From the NCBI GenBank assembly GCA_965261595.1, contig CBDHDG010000005.1, positions 672,001-736,000 of the forward strand: a DNA stretch of 64,000 bases. Reading direction: 5' to 3'. Below, piece by piece: positions 52,363-62,491 of the stretch. The notes under the pieces were generated by a model, which was not told the origin of the DNA, searched no databases, and was given only the letters and a program-made list of their open reading frames with translations. Made by a program: the position numbers and the translations under genes. The number at the start of each line of letters is the position of its first letter. Positions within the stretch are counted from its first letter, which is position 1. The DNA is from a bacterium (GTDB taxonomy: Bacteria; UBA8248; JACPRG01; G963555815).

Positions 52363-52813
52363 CTTCTGCCCCCTCTCACGCTTCCGCCTCTGCCTTCCCA
52401 TTTTGCTTCTCGTACGCCTGCCGGACCAAGCCCATCACATATGGCTCTCTTCTGCATCCTATAGGAAATTTCCAGCGGCGCTCAGCAATTCATTCCTTCG
52501 TAATATACTGTATTATAACGATTTTCTTTCCTCCATCGCACCATCGCACCAGCCCGCTTGATCGGCACTGCCAAATTGCGAAAGCACAGCGCAACCGGAT
52601 TTGCGCACTATCTGAGCTCGGCATGCCAGCGATTGACGCCCACGCCCCGGAACGCACGATTCCGGCCCCGGCCGGGTAGGAGGGGTCGTTGCGAGCCATC
52701 TTGTTCGGTCACGCAGTGACGGCGGTCTGGCAGCGAAACCCAGCCCCCGACACTCCGCTCCGCTGCCCTCCGGGGCGCTCGCCCGCCTCCCGCCGGTCCG
52801 CGTCGGCTGAACC

Positions 52814-53003
52814 CTAGCGCACCGCGTCGCGCAGCGTCTTGCCGGCCTTGAACGCGGGAGACTTCGAGACGACGATCTCGATGCTCTCGCCGGTCCTCGG
52901 GTGCCGCCCGGCGCGCGCCGGGCGGCACCTGACGGAGAACGTGCCGAACCGCGCGAGCGCGACCGTATCCCCCTTCGCAAGCGCGTCCTGAATCGCATCC
53001 AAC
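52814..53003 (-). pseudogene. HU/IHF-family DNA-binding protein, N-terminus removed at the IS junction
   Basis: DAIQDALAKGD.V.L..FGTF.V..R.AR.GR.PRTGE.I.I...PAFKAGK.LRDAV. The 5' end abuts the IS3 IR at 53004. Confidence 0.8.
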
Positions 53004-53485
53004 TGGAGTTACCCCGTTTCAGTGGACAGTTTAGGGCTGTCGTCCCCAGCCCTGAGGTGGGCGACAGCCGGTGGACGTAAAGTCTTCTCCCGATCCGATA
53101 GATAGGGTGCCCCCGGGGGGTATGTCTTGATCTTTGGCTCGCTGCTCCGGGAAGCACCGGGGCCGGCTCGAGCCGGACGATGAGCGTTGCGCACTGCACG
53201 TGGCGTTTCCTTCGCCGCGGACCGCTCGTAGTCGTTGGGGCTGAGGTAACCCAGGGCCGAATGACGACGGCGTGGGTTGTACCAGCCTTCGATGAATTGG
53301 AAGACCGCCATACGCGCCTCGGCCTGGGTACGGAACGAACGCCGGTTGATGAGTTCGCACTCCAGCGTGGCGAAGAAGCTCTCGGCCATGGCGTTGTCAA
53401 AGCAGTCGCCGGCCGACCCGGTCGAGGGAACCACCCCCATCTCTCGGCACCGCTTGCCGAAGGCGAGCGAAGTGTACTGCGATCC

Positions 53486-54858
53486 CACTGACGCTCTCAT
53501 ATTTGTCAAGTGTTCGTTGAGGCGGTAAGGACCCGGTAGATTTCGCGGGCCACGTAGCGCTTCAGACAACGCATCACCTCTCGCTTGGACAGTCCTTCCT
53601 GGGTACGCCGCGCGACGTAGGCTTTGGTTCGCTGGTCGGTCCGCATCCGGCAGATGACGACCATGTGCAGGGCTGAGTTGGCTTGGCGGTTCCCGCCGCG
53701 GTTGAGGCGGTAGCGTTGAGTCTGTCCGCTCGAGGCTCGGATCGGACAGGCGCCACACATCATCGCGAAGCTCGCCTCGGAGCGCAGCCGGTCCCAATTC
53801 TCCCCCGCGGCGACCATCAGTTCGCCAGCGTTCTCGATTCCAACGCCTTCGAGCTCGAGCAGATTGGGCGCGAGTCCCTCGACCAGCGGACCGATGAACC
53901 GGTCCAGCTCGGCGATCTCGTCGTTCAGGTCCAGGACCCTGCGAGCCAGGTACTTCAGCGAGAGCTTGGTGGCGACCACGGGGTCGCGTTATCCGACGGT
54001 GTCCGGTCTCCAGGCCGCGCAGGTGCGAAGGCGCTGCATGCGAGTGAGGTTGCGGACCTGGTCGCGCACCTCCTCGGGTGCAGCGACGATCGTGTTGTGG
54101 AGCTGCTGCAGGGCCGCACGACGGCACTTCATCGCCGTCTTTCGGGTCGTGCGCAGCACCCGTAGGGCTTCCACGGCACCGGAACGGTCTTTGGCCAACA
54201 ACCTGGACCCGGATTTTCGTTCGAGCCGCCTCAGCCGCCGCGATCGAGTCCAGGGCATCGCTCTTGCCCTTGGCTCTTCGCCCGGCCCGGTCCGGACCGG
54301 GCACCTCGAGCACAGGCACGCCGGACAGCGCCAAGTGCCGGGTAATGCCGGCCCCGTATAAGTCCCCGTGGATTCGACCCCTACGCGAAGCAACTCCCCG
54401 CGAGACCGGAACCAGCGAAGCATCGCCCGGTAGCCGGTCCGGGTGGTGGAGAACGATTCGGTGCCGAGTACCGCTGCCATCGAGGTCCACGATGGCAGCG
54501 GTGTGCAGGTCCTGGTGGGTATCGACGCCCCCGATGATCTGGGCGCCCTCAGCGATCGTGTTCGCCATCTCCGCCTCCTGTGTCTATGGTGAGTGAAGGG
54601 GATGGAACCGAACTCAGCCGATCTTGGACACGACAGGGAAGGGACGCCTTGGGCCAGGCTCTCATCAGGTCACGATGTCGGTCGAGGTCGGAACCTCAAC
54701 CGGTTGCCCCCGGGTGGCCGACAAGTCAAGAGAATGACACCACGGTCAATCAGAGTGTGGGTCAAGCCACCCTGGGGCGGCCGGCCCTACAAGCCTAAAT
54801 GCGTTACTCGCGGTACGGGTCAGACCACCTCAGGTAACCGGCCCTCACATACTCACTG
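53486..54858 (-). mobile_element. IS110-family element with a frameshifted DEDD recombinase
   Basis: GGVDTHQD, VGVESTG.YG, GKSD..D, ASSG...RYRLNRGGNRQANSALH and RCLKRY.AR. No terminal IRs. CAGTG at both junctions. Confidence 0.85.
54569..54858 (-). ncRNA. Candidate IS110 bridge RNA region
   Basis: About 290 nt of non-coding left end upstream of the recombinase. It contains ATGAGAGC (54658-54665), identical to the element's right end (53493-53500). Confidence 0.5.
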
Positions 54859-55629
54859 TCGGAGTGATGCACGACCCCGTCGGGGCGGCGCTGTCCCAAC
54901 GCCATGTTCAGCGCCCCGAGCACCAGTTCGGTGCGAAGATGGTGGGTCATGGACCATCCCACCACCCGGCGGCTGAACACGTCGAGCACGATGGCCAGGT
55001 ACACGAACCCCGTCCAGGTCGGCACGTAGGTCACGTCGGCCACCCAAAGCCGATCCGGCCCATCGGCCTGGAACTGGCGATCGACCCGGTCCGGGACCAC
55101 ACAATGGCTCTGGTCCACGCGCGTAGTGCGCGTGCCTCGTCGTGCTTCGCACGATTGGAACGCCCACGGCTTCGCCACGTGCAGTACCCGCTGGAGGAGA
55201 CAGACAGCACCCGGCACCGAGCCGGTCTCCCGTGCGAACCAGACCGCGGCTTTTTTAGGATCTCCCGCTCTTCGCGAAGCTGACGGACCTCTCGACGAAG
55301 CCGCCGTAGCTCCTCGAGGTCTGAGCTTGTCAGACCATCCTTACGACGGCCCTCGTCGCGGTCGGCCTGGCGCACCCAGTTGCGAATCGCCGAAGCGGAA
55401 CACTCGGACTCACGGGCCAGCTCCCCGGGCGTACGGCCCGAGCGAACCAGCTCAACCATCTGGCGCCGGTATTCCGGCGCGTAGGGTGAATGAGTTTTCG
55501 GCATCTGAACACCTCCTCCGCACAGTCTCAAGGTGTCCACAAAAACGGGTCAACTCCATCCGAAAGCGTTGCCCGGCGAACCCCCGGAATCTCTCCCGCC
55601 TCCGCGCGGATGCGATCCCGCTCCATCCG

Positions 55630-57966
55630 TCAGGGCCGGGGTCCGTCCGCCGGAGCGGCCTGGTCTTGGACCCTGGCACCAAAAAGCAGGCGGGCGAGCG
55701 CCGGCAGCAGCAGAACCGCGCCGGCCAGGTTAGCGAGGAACATGAAGGTCAGCAGGATCCCCATGTCGGCCTGGAACTGCAGGTCGGAGAAAATCCAGGT
55801 CGAAACGCCCAAGGCCAGCGTCAGTCCGGTCACCAGCACCGCGCTGCCGGTCGTCGCCATGGCCTGCCGGAAGGCCTCGACGGTCTCCGCGCCGTCTTCC
55901 AGCGCCCGCTTCATACGGTTGAAGATGTAAATGCCGTAGTCGACCCCGATGCCGACGCCGAGCGCGGCCACCGGCAGCGTCGAGACCTTCAGCCCGATCT
56001 TCAGAAGCGCCATCAGCGCGAACGCCAGCACGGACACCAGCGCCAGCGGCAGCACCACGCAGAGCGTGCCCCGGAGTGACCGGAAGGCCAGCAGACACAA
56101 CGCGATCACGGCGCAATAGACCCAGACCAGCATGTCGACTTGGGTGTCGCGGACGAGCGCGTTGGTCGCCGCCATGACGCCGAGATTACCGGCGGCCAGC
56201 CCGAAGCGAAGCCCCCCGCTCTCGTGACGGGCCGCGTAGGCCCTGACCACGGCGACCACCCGGTCGATGGTCTCGGCGCGGTGGTCGTCGGTGAAGATCA
56301 ACACCGGCATCACCGAGCAGTCGGCGTTCAGCAGACCCGTGTCGGTCTGGATCGGGGCGACCGACTGGACCAGCGTCTTCGTATTGCGCGGCAGGGTTCG
56401 CCATTTGGGGTGCCCTTCGTTGAAGCTGGCGTTGAGCCTGCGCGAGACCTGTGGCAGCGAGATCGTGGACCGCACACCGGGCACCTGGCTCATCCGAAAG
56501 GCGAAATCGTCCACCCGGTCCAGGAACGCGAAGTCGACGCAGGCGTTCGCCTTCGTCTCCACGATCACCGTCAGCAAGTCGACGCCGATCGCGAAGCGCT
56601 CCGTGATGACGGCGCTGTCGCGGTTGTAGCGGGAATCCGGGCGCAGCTCCGGCACGCCTGCGTGGACGTCGCCGATCACGTGGCCGCGGGCGACGAACAG
56701 CCCGCCGCCCGCGACGATGAGCGCCAGGAGGAGCATCGCCGCGGCCACCCGCCCGGACGCCAGCCGCGAGAGCCGGCGCCAGAGGGGCCGCCTTGCCTCG
56801 GCGGCCGCCCGGATGCGCCGCCGGTAATTCGCGGCGGGGGGCACGTAGGACATCAGCACCGGCAACAACACAAGATTGGTGAAGAGGATCGCGGCCACGC
56901 CCAGGCTCATGGTCACCGCCAGGTCCTGGATGATCTGCACGTCGATGAGCAGGATCATGAGAAAGCCGACGCAGTCGCTCGCCAGCGCCGCCGTCCCAGG
57001 CGTGGCGAGTTGAAGGAAGGCGTCGCGCGCCGCCTCCTCCTTCTTTTCCCCATCCCGGATCGCGGCCCCCGAGGCGTTCACGACCTGCAACCCGTGGGAG
57101 ACGCCAATCGCGAACACGAGAAAGGGCGCCAGGATCGACATGGGGTCGATGCCGAAACCGAGCAGTGCCAGCAGCCCCAGCGTCCAGACCACGGCCAGCG
57201 CCGAACACCACAGCAGCAGGACCGTGTACCGGACCGAATGGATGAAGACGTAAACCAGCAGCGCCGACAGCAGGAAGGCAACGGCGAAAAAAATGAGCAC
57301 GTCCGTCGCGCCGTCGGCCACGTCGCCGATCGCCTTCGCAAAGCCGATGATGTGGATCTCCACCGACTCGTTGGTGAAGGGCTCGCGCAGCCTGTCTTCC
57401 AGCAGGCGGGCAACCTTGAGATAGTCCAGCCGTTTCCCCGTCCGCGGATCGATCTCGACCAGCTCCGCGCTCACCATCGCGGCTGACAGATCGTTGGCCA
57501 CGAGTCTGCCCACAATCCCGGCCTTGAGCACGTTGGCGCGGACCCGGGCCAGGTCCGCGGCGCTGCCCCGGTAATCGGCCGGCACGACGTTTCCGCCGGC
57601 CAGCCCGCCCTCCACGATCTCGAGGAAGCGGACGTTGGGCGTAAACAGCGAGCGGACCGAGGCCCTGTTCACGCCGGGCAGGAAGAACACGGCGTCGGTC
57701 GCGGCCTTGAGCGTCTCCATGAAGGAGGTGGTGAAGATGTCGCCCGAACGCGCGCGAACCGCGATCAGTAGGCGATTGGCTCCGCCGAACTCGGCTTGAT
57801 GTTTCCTGAAGATCTGCATGAAGGGGTGGCGCCGGGGCAGGTGCTTCCCGAAGCTGGTATCGACCCCGAGCCTGGTGGCCGACAGGCCCAGCGCCAGGCT
57901 CGCCAGCAGAAAAGCCGCGAGCACGAACCGCCGGTGGGCGAAGATCCAGTCACCGAGCCGGTTCAT
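55630..57966 (-). CDS. RND/MMPL-family transporter
   Basis: Two-repeat 12-TM architecture with FGGANR, GIDPMSIL.PFLVFAIGVSHG and GVGIGVDYGIY. Confidence 0.9.
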   Translation of the reverse strand: MNRLGDWIFAHRRFVLAAFLLASLALGLSATRLGVDTSFGKHLPRRHPFMQIFRKHQAEFGGANRLLIAVRARSGDIFTTSFMETLKAATDAVFFLPGVNRASVRSLFTPNVRFLEIVEGGLAGGNVVPADYRGSAADLARVRANVLKAGIVGRLVANDLSAAMVSAELVEIDPRTGKRLDYLKVARLLEDRLREPFTNESVEIHIIGFAKAIGDVADGATDVLIFFAVAFLLSALLVYVFIHSVRYTVLLLWCSALAVVWTLGLLALLGFGIDPMSILAPFLVFAIGVSHGLQVVNASGAAIRDGEKKEEAARDAFLQLATPGTAALASDCVGFLMILLIDVQIIQDLAVTMSLGVAAILFTNLVLLPVLMSYVPPAANYRRRIRAAAEARRPLWRRLSRLASGRVAAAMLLLALIVAGGGLFVARGHVIGDVHAGVPELRPDSRYNRDSAVITERFAIGVDLLTVIVETKANACVDFAFLDRVDDFAFRMSQVPGVRSTISLPQVSRRLNASFNEGHPKWRTLPRNTKTLVQSVAPIQTDTGLLNADCSVMPVLIFTDDHRAETIDRVVAVVRAYAARHESGGLRFGLAAGNLGVMAATNALVRDTQVDMLVWVYCAVIALCLLAFRSLRGTLCVVLPLALVSVLAFALMALLKIGLKVSTLPVAALGVGIGVDYGIYIFNRMKRALEDGAETVEAFRQAMATTGSAVLVTGLTLALGVSTWIFSDLQFQADMGILLTFMFLANLAGAVLLLPALARLLFGARVQDQAAPADGPRP

Positions 57967-58921
57967 CGCCCGCCTCCGCCGCGGCCGGCAGGATCAAGCG
58001 GTGGACGCCATCCTCGCCGAACAGGAGGACGGCGTCCGGCCCCGCCACCAGCACAGTGGTGATCGCGCCGCGGCGAGGGAGAGGCACGGCCCACATGGAG
58101 CCGCTTCCCGCCTCCTCCTCCATCAGCACCGTGCCGGCGTCGCCGACGACGACCGCCCGCCCGTCGGGCAGGTAGACGGCGTCGTACAGAGCGGCGGTAA
58201 CCCCGCTGTCCAGGCTGCGCCAGGTCTCGCCGCCGTCGTTGCTTTCGAAGAGTCGGCCCCTCAGCCCGTGGAGCAGCAGCCGCCCGTCCCGACCGGGCCG
58301 GAGCCCGAAGAAGGTGCCCTCGTAACCGGTGTGCAGTCGCTTCCAGGTCGCTCCGCCGTCACGGGAACGCAGGAACGTGCCGAACTCGCCGGCAATGAAC
58401 AGCGTTCCGTCCGCGGCCTGCCGGATGGCGTAGAAGTGCGGTTCCTCCGGATCGATTTCGCGGCGCGCCCACGTTCTCCCATGATCCTCCGTCGAGAACG
58501 CCAGCCCGTAGGCGCCGACCGTCAGGCCCCGTCCGTCCGCGCCGAGCCAGAGATCCAGAAGCGGCGCGTCGAAATCCGGGTCCGCTCGGACGACGCGCCA
58601 GGTAGCTCCGGCGTCCACACTTTCCAGCACCAGGGCGTCGTGACCGACGGCGACGAGACGGCCATCGGACCCCGCCGCGATCGCGGTCAGCGTCCGGCGA
58701 ACCGGCATGGGCGCCTGCCGCCAGCCGTCGCCGTCGAGGCGGAGGATCAAGCCTCTCGCGCCAACGGCGACAATGCCGCCGTTGACGCGAACGGCGGCGG
58801 AGATCAGACCGCGCTCGGGACGAGTCAATTCCGCCGCCGGTTCGTTCAGTGGGTCCGCGCCCGAGGGAACCGCGGCGGCGCATATCAGCAACAGCGCGAA
58901 AAAAGATCGGAGACTCCGCAT
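57950..58921 (-). CDS. YCF48-related/BNR-repeat periplasmic protein
   Basis: Signal peptide, AVGARG.I, VGHDA and repeated S.DGG.TW motifs. Confidence 0.85.
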   Translation of the reverse strand: MRSLRSFFALLLICAAAVPSGADPLNEPAAELTRPERGLISAAVRVNGGIVAVGARGLILRLDGDGWRQAPMPVRRTLTAIAAGSDGRLVAVGHDALVLESVDAGATWRVVRADPDFDAPLLDLWLGADGRGLTVGAYGLAFSTEDHGRTWARREIDPEEPHFYAIRQAADGTLFIAGEFGTFLRSRDGGATWKRLHTGYEGTFFGLRPGRDGRLLLHGLRGRLFESNDGGETWRSLDSGVTAALYDAVYLPDGRAVVVGDAGTVLMEEEAGSGSMWAVPLPRRGAITTVLVAGPDAVLLFGEDGVHRLILPAAAEAGDEPAR

Positions 58922-58935
58922 GACGGCGGTTCGCC

Positions 58936-60291
58936 CTAGCGGCGGCCCTTCCGTCGCAGCGCCGCCGGCGTGAACTGACTGCGGGTCATCGGCAGGTCGA
59001 AGCGGGTGATCTGGTAGCCGGGTTCGTTGTCGAGTCCGTTGGCCAGGTAACGCCCGTTCTGCAAGTCGTATATCGTCATCATCGTGGTCCAGGTCAGCGG
59101 TATCTCGTAAAAATTGATGATGTGCGCCTCGCTGACCCGCCAAAGCTCTCCGCGACCGTCGTACTGGTCCACGCCGGCGATTTGCCAACTGTCCTCATCG
59201 AGATAGAAGGTGCGCCGGGCGTAAATGTGTCTCGTGCCCTCTTTCACCTTCGCCTCGACGACCCAGACGCGGTGCAGCTCGTAGCGCGTGAGGTCCGGGT
59301 TGATGTGGCCGGGCTTCAAGATGTCGTCGAAGCGGTTCCGGTCGCTGTGCAGGCGGTAGCTGTTGTAGGGGATGTAGAATTCCCGCCTGCCGACCAGCAT
59401 CCAGTTGTAGCGGTCCGGCGCGCCGTTGAACATGTCGAACTGATCGTTGGTGCGTTGCCCGTCCGAGGCGGTGCCGGGATTGTCGTAGGCGACGTTGGGC
59501 GCGCGGCGCACCCGCCGTTGGCCGGGATTGTAGAGCCAGGCCTTGCGCGGTTCGACCGCTTGGTTGAGCGTTTCGTGCACCAGCGTGATGTTGCCGGCGA
59601 GCCTGGGCGGCGAGGTCACCTCCTGCAGGAAGTAGACGACCTTGTTGTCGATGGTCTCGGTCGTGGCGCCGGGCTGCTGGTAGGCGAATAGAGCTTGCTC
59701 GGCGATCCGCACCATGGTGTAGCTGCCGTTGGCCGTCGGCACCGCTTGGCCGGACACCTTGGTCGTGGTCTTGCCTCGGTAGCGCAGCAGGTGGTTCCAG
59801 ATCGCCTCCAGTCCGTTTCGCGGAATCGGGAAGGGAATGCCCTCGGCCGCGTTCAGCACCCCGTTGCCGTCCTCGGTCAGCTTCGCCATCTTCGCGTTGG
59901 CGATTGTCTTGTCGTATATCCGCTGCGGCAGGGCGGCGGTGCGGCGGGTCCGGTAGACCGGCATCCGGAAGGTCTTCGGATAGCGCCGGAAGAGCGCGAT
60001 ATGGCCGGGAGAGAGATGTGCCTTGTATTGCTCGACGTTGGCGGCGGTGATGGTGAAAAGAGGCTTGTCGTCCGGGAAGGGATCGGGGTGCAGCTTCCCG
60101 GGCGCGTAGCCGGCTGGCGGCTTGGTGAGCCCGCCCTCCCAGGCCGGGATGTCGCCGGATGCGTTGCCGGCCTTGACCGCGCCCAGGGGCGTCAGCTCCC
60201 TGCCGAGCTTCTCCGCCGCCTCGGCCTCGGTCGCCACCCCCGCGGCTGACAGCGCCAGGACCAGGATCAGGCTCACCCATCGCGTTCTCAT
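58936..60291 (-). CDS. DUF1329-family periplasmic protein
   Basis: LTPLGA..AGN..G.IPAW.GG, AW.YNPGQRRVRRAP, RYELHRVWVVEA and YLDEDSW. Confidence 0.9.
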   Translation of the reverse strand: MRTRWVSLILVLALSAAGVATEAEAAEKLGRELTPLGAVKAGNASGDIPAWEGGLTKPPAGYAPGKLHPDPFPDDKPLFTITAANVEQYKAHLSPGHIALFRRYPKTFRMPVYRTRRTAALPQRIYDKTIANAKMAKLTEDGNGVLNAAEGIPFPIPRNGLEAIWNHLLRYRGKTTTKVSGQAVPTANGSYTMVRIAEQALFAYQQPGATTETIDNKVVYFLQEVTSPPRLAGNITLVHETLNQAVEPRKAWLYNPGQRRVRRAPNVAYDNPGTASDGQRTNDQFDMFNGAPDRYNWMLVGRREFYIPYNSYRLHSDRNRFDDILKPGHINPDLTRYELHRVWVVEAKVKEGTRHIYARRTFYLDEDSWQIAGVDQYDGRGELWRVSEAHIINFYEIPLTWTTMMTIYDLQNGRYLANGLDNEPGYQITRFDLPMTRSQFTPAALRRKGRR

Positions 60292-60315
60292 TGTATCCGC
60301 TCTCCCATCTCTGAC

Positions 60316-62208
60316 TCAGAAGGAATAGCTTGCCGCGAACTGCAGAAAGTCGCGATCGTTCACGAGATTGAAACGGCCGCCGTCGAAGGAGTTTGTGTAG
60401 GAAATACTGGCCCGCCAGGAGTTCAGATAGTTCGCTCCGATCGACAGTGTGATCGTCTTTCGGTTCTCGACGAAATTGCCGATCGGCGCCGGCGCCGTGC
60501 CGTTCACGTCATGAGAGAACGAGATCTGCGGCGTCAGGTTCACGGGTCCGATGGCGTTGTTGTAGGTCGCCCGCGCGATCGCCCGGTAGCCCCAGGAAAA
60601 CGGATCGGCGAAGTCGCCGTCTTGGGTTGCCGGCTGAATGCCCGCCGCCGTGAAGAACGGATTGGCGCTGGTCGTCGTGCCCGGTCCGTCGTAGCGGAGC
60701 TCCGACTTGTCCTCCATGTCGCGCACATGGGTGAAGCCCACCTCGACCAGGAAGATAAACCCGTCGGCGCCGAGCCGGGGCCCCAGAATCTTGGAAACGG
60801 CCATCTGCGCCTGCACGACATCCTTGCGGCGGAAGCCGGTGATCTCCTCGTCGAAGCCCCGGCCCCCGAGCTGGCTCTGCCCGAAGGCCGCGCCCGTCTG
60901 GACGAGACGCTGGACACCGACGGCGGTGGGATAGGCGGGGTGGCCGGGAGGGGGGAAAGGGTCGGGAAGGGGGATACGGGCGAACGGTGACAGGGCGGAG
61001 AACAGAATCTCCACGTCGTCGATCTGCAGCGGCTGGTCGCGGCGGTAGGAAACCTCTCCCTGCAAGGCGAAGCCCGTGGCTCCGATCTCCGTGTTGAAGC
61101 TCGCGCCGAAAATGTCGATGTCTTCCGGGAACTCCCGGAAATAGCGCATCGTGCCGGCGTAGTCGCCGGCCCCCACCCCCGCCAGCGTGCCCGTGCGGCC
61201 GGAGACCAGCGGGAGACGGCTGTGGATGCGGGCGTAATAGAGGCCGAACTCGGTGCCGTTCAGCGCCGGGGAGAAATAGCGTAGCGCAAGGCCGAACTGG
61301 CCCCCGTCGCCGGCCTCCCGGTCGTTGCCGCGAGGCACGTTCGCACAGATCGGCGGGGTGGCGCAGGAGCCTGGCGGATCATCGGTGGCGCGGCCCGGCA
61401 GGCCGAATCCGAGATGGGCGAAACGGCCGCCCGGGCTTACGTGGTCTCTGGTCGAGAAGAACGTGCCTTCCGGCTCGATCTCGGTGTTGACCCAGGCGAG
61501 TTGATAGAAAGCTTCGAAGGACAGATTCTCGCCAATGCCGGCCTTGACGTTGATCGCCGGAATCGGTACGAGCCCGTCCCGCAACTCGGCGCCGGCGATG
61601 CGGAATTTGGAGGCATCGACCGGATTGATCGAGTTGACGCCGTTGCGGATGAAGACGCTCTCGCCCCAGCTCATCACCTGGTTGCCGGCGCGCACCGACA
61701 CCGGGGCTCCCGAGATGTCGAAATCGCCGGACACATAAGCATCCCGCAACACGATGTCGCGGCCGACGAGTTCCTCCGCATCGTTTGACAGGGGCGTACG
61801 GTCGGTCTCCCGGTTCATGACGGCGTGGTCGTAGAAGTAGAAAGCCCGGCCGAAGAAGCCGAAGTTCTTCCACTCCAGTAACAGCTCATGCGTCACCTTT
61901 ACGTTGGTGGAGACGAGATCGCCCTTGTCGTAGTTGAGGTTGCCGTTGTCGCCGTTGATCGAGTACGCGGAACCGCCGTTGGCGAGGCCGATCAGGCGGT
62001 CGTCCCGGTCCCCGGTCCGAACCGCGGCGCCGACCGAAAGGGTCGTGTCGAAAGAACCCGTGACACCGGCCTCGTTGCGCGGCAGATCGACCGCATTCGC
62101 CTGCCGGGAGATCATGGCGCCGGCCAGCATCAGCAGGACGAGAGTTCCCTTTCCCGCCCCCATTACGCACGCCGCGCGCCGCATGATTCTTTCTGTTCTC
62201 TCTTTCAT
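60316..62208 (-). CDS. DUF1302-family outer-membrane beta-barrel protein
   Basis: SFDTTLSVG, NGDNGNLNYDKGD, GNQVMSWGES.FI, YHSRLP-like segment, DRDF and a C-terminal Phe. Confidence 0.88.
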   Translation of the reverse strand: MKERTERIMRRAACVMGAGKGTLVLLMLAGAMISRQANAVDLPRNEAGVTGSFDTTLSVGAAVRTGDRDDRLIGLANGGSAYSINGDNGNLNYDKGDLVSTNVKVTHELLLEWKNFGFFGRAFYFYDHAVMNRETDRTPLSNDAEELVGRDIVLRDAYVSGDFDISGAPVSVRAGNQVMSWGESVFIRNGVNSINPVDASKFRIAGAELRDGLVPIPAINVKAGIGENLSFEAFYQLAWVNTEIEPEGTFFSTRDHVSPGGRFAHLGFGLPGRATDDPPGSCATPPICANVPRGNDREAGDGGQFGLALRYFSPALNGTEFGLYYARIHSRLPLVSGRTGTLAGVGAGDYAGTMRYFREFPEDIDIFGASFNTEIGATGFALQGEVSYRRDQPLQIDDVEILFSALSPFARIPLPDPFPPPGHPAYPTAVGVQRLVQTGAAFGQSQLGGRGFDEEITGFRRKDVVQAQMAVSKILGPRLGADGFIFLVEVGFTHVRDMEDKSELRYDGPGTTTSANPFFTAAGIQPATQDGDFADPFSWGYRAIARATYNNAIGPVNLTPQISFSHDVNGTAPAPIGNFVENRKTITLSIGANYLNSWRASISYTNSFDGGRFNLVNDRDFLQFAASYSF

Positions 62209-62311
62209 GTCTCGTCCGCCATGAGTGGGTAATCCTCGAAGCTTCTGAACCGGAATTTCCCATATCAAATCCGGACAGGCCTGTACCGACCCCTCGTTGC
62301 TGTTTAAGTCA

Positions 62312-62340
62312 ATTAGACCTCTCTCTCCCGGACCTGTCAA
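62312..62340 (-). promoter_or_regulatory. Outward-facing sigma70 promoter inside the IS1380 end
   Basis: TTGACA-N17-TCTAAT on the minus strand, about 100 nt upstream of the DUF1302 start. Confidence 0.65.
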
Positions 62341-62491
62341 TCCCATTTCAGGTGCCTGAAACCCTAATCGGAGCGTTATCCACCATTGAAAATCATGCCA
62401 CCCCTCCGGGTAGGCGAGCCTTCCCAGCAGGTCATCTGGAAGGGACAGAACATTCACCATTTTGTCCTCGGGTGGACTGCGCTGAGAGCGG

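Larger units (their letters stand above)
53004..55558 (-). mobile_element. Degenerate IS3-family element, distinct from copies 1-4, interrupted by IS110
   Basis: TG...CA IRs (TGGAGTTACCCCGTTTCAGTGGACA / TGGAGTTGACCCGTTTTTGTGGACA). orfA MPKTHSPYAPEYRR...EILKK with an A6G slippery site. orfB fragments LWVADVTY...HHSD | GSQY...DNAMAESFF. No TSD seen. Confidence 0.85.

Noticed and set aside
53009..54568. The 519-aa ORF as a novel IS110-IS3 fusion protein
   Set aside because: It is a patchwork of frames across a frameshifted IS110 and the IS3 orfB tail, and much of it is out-of-frame sequence.
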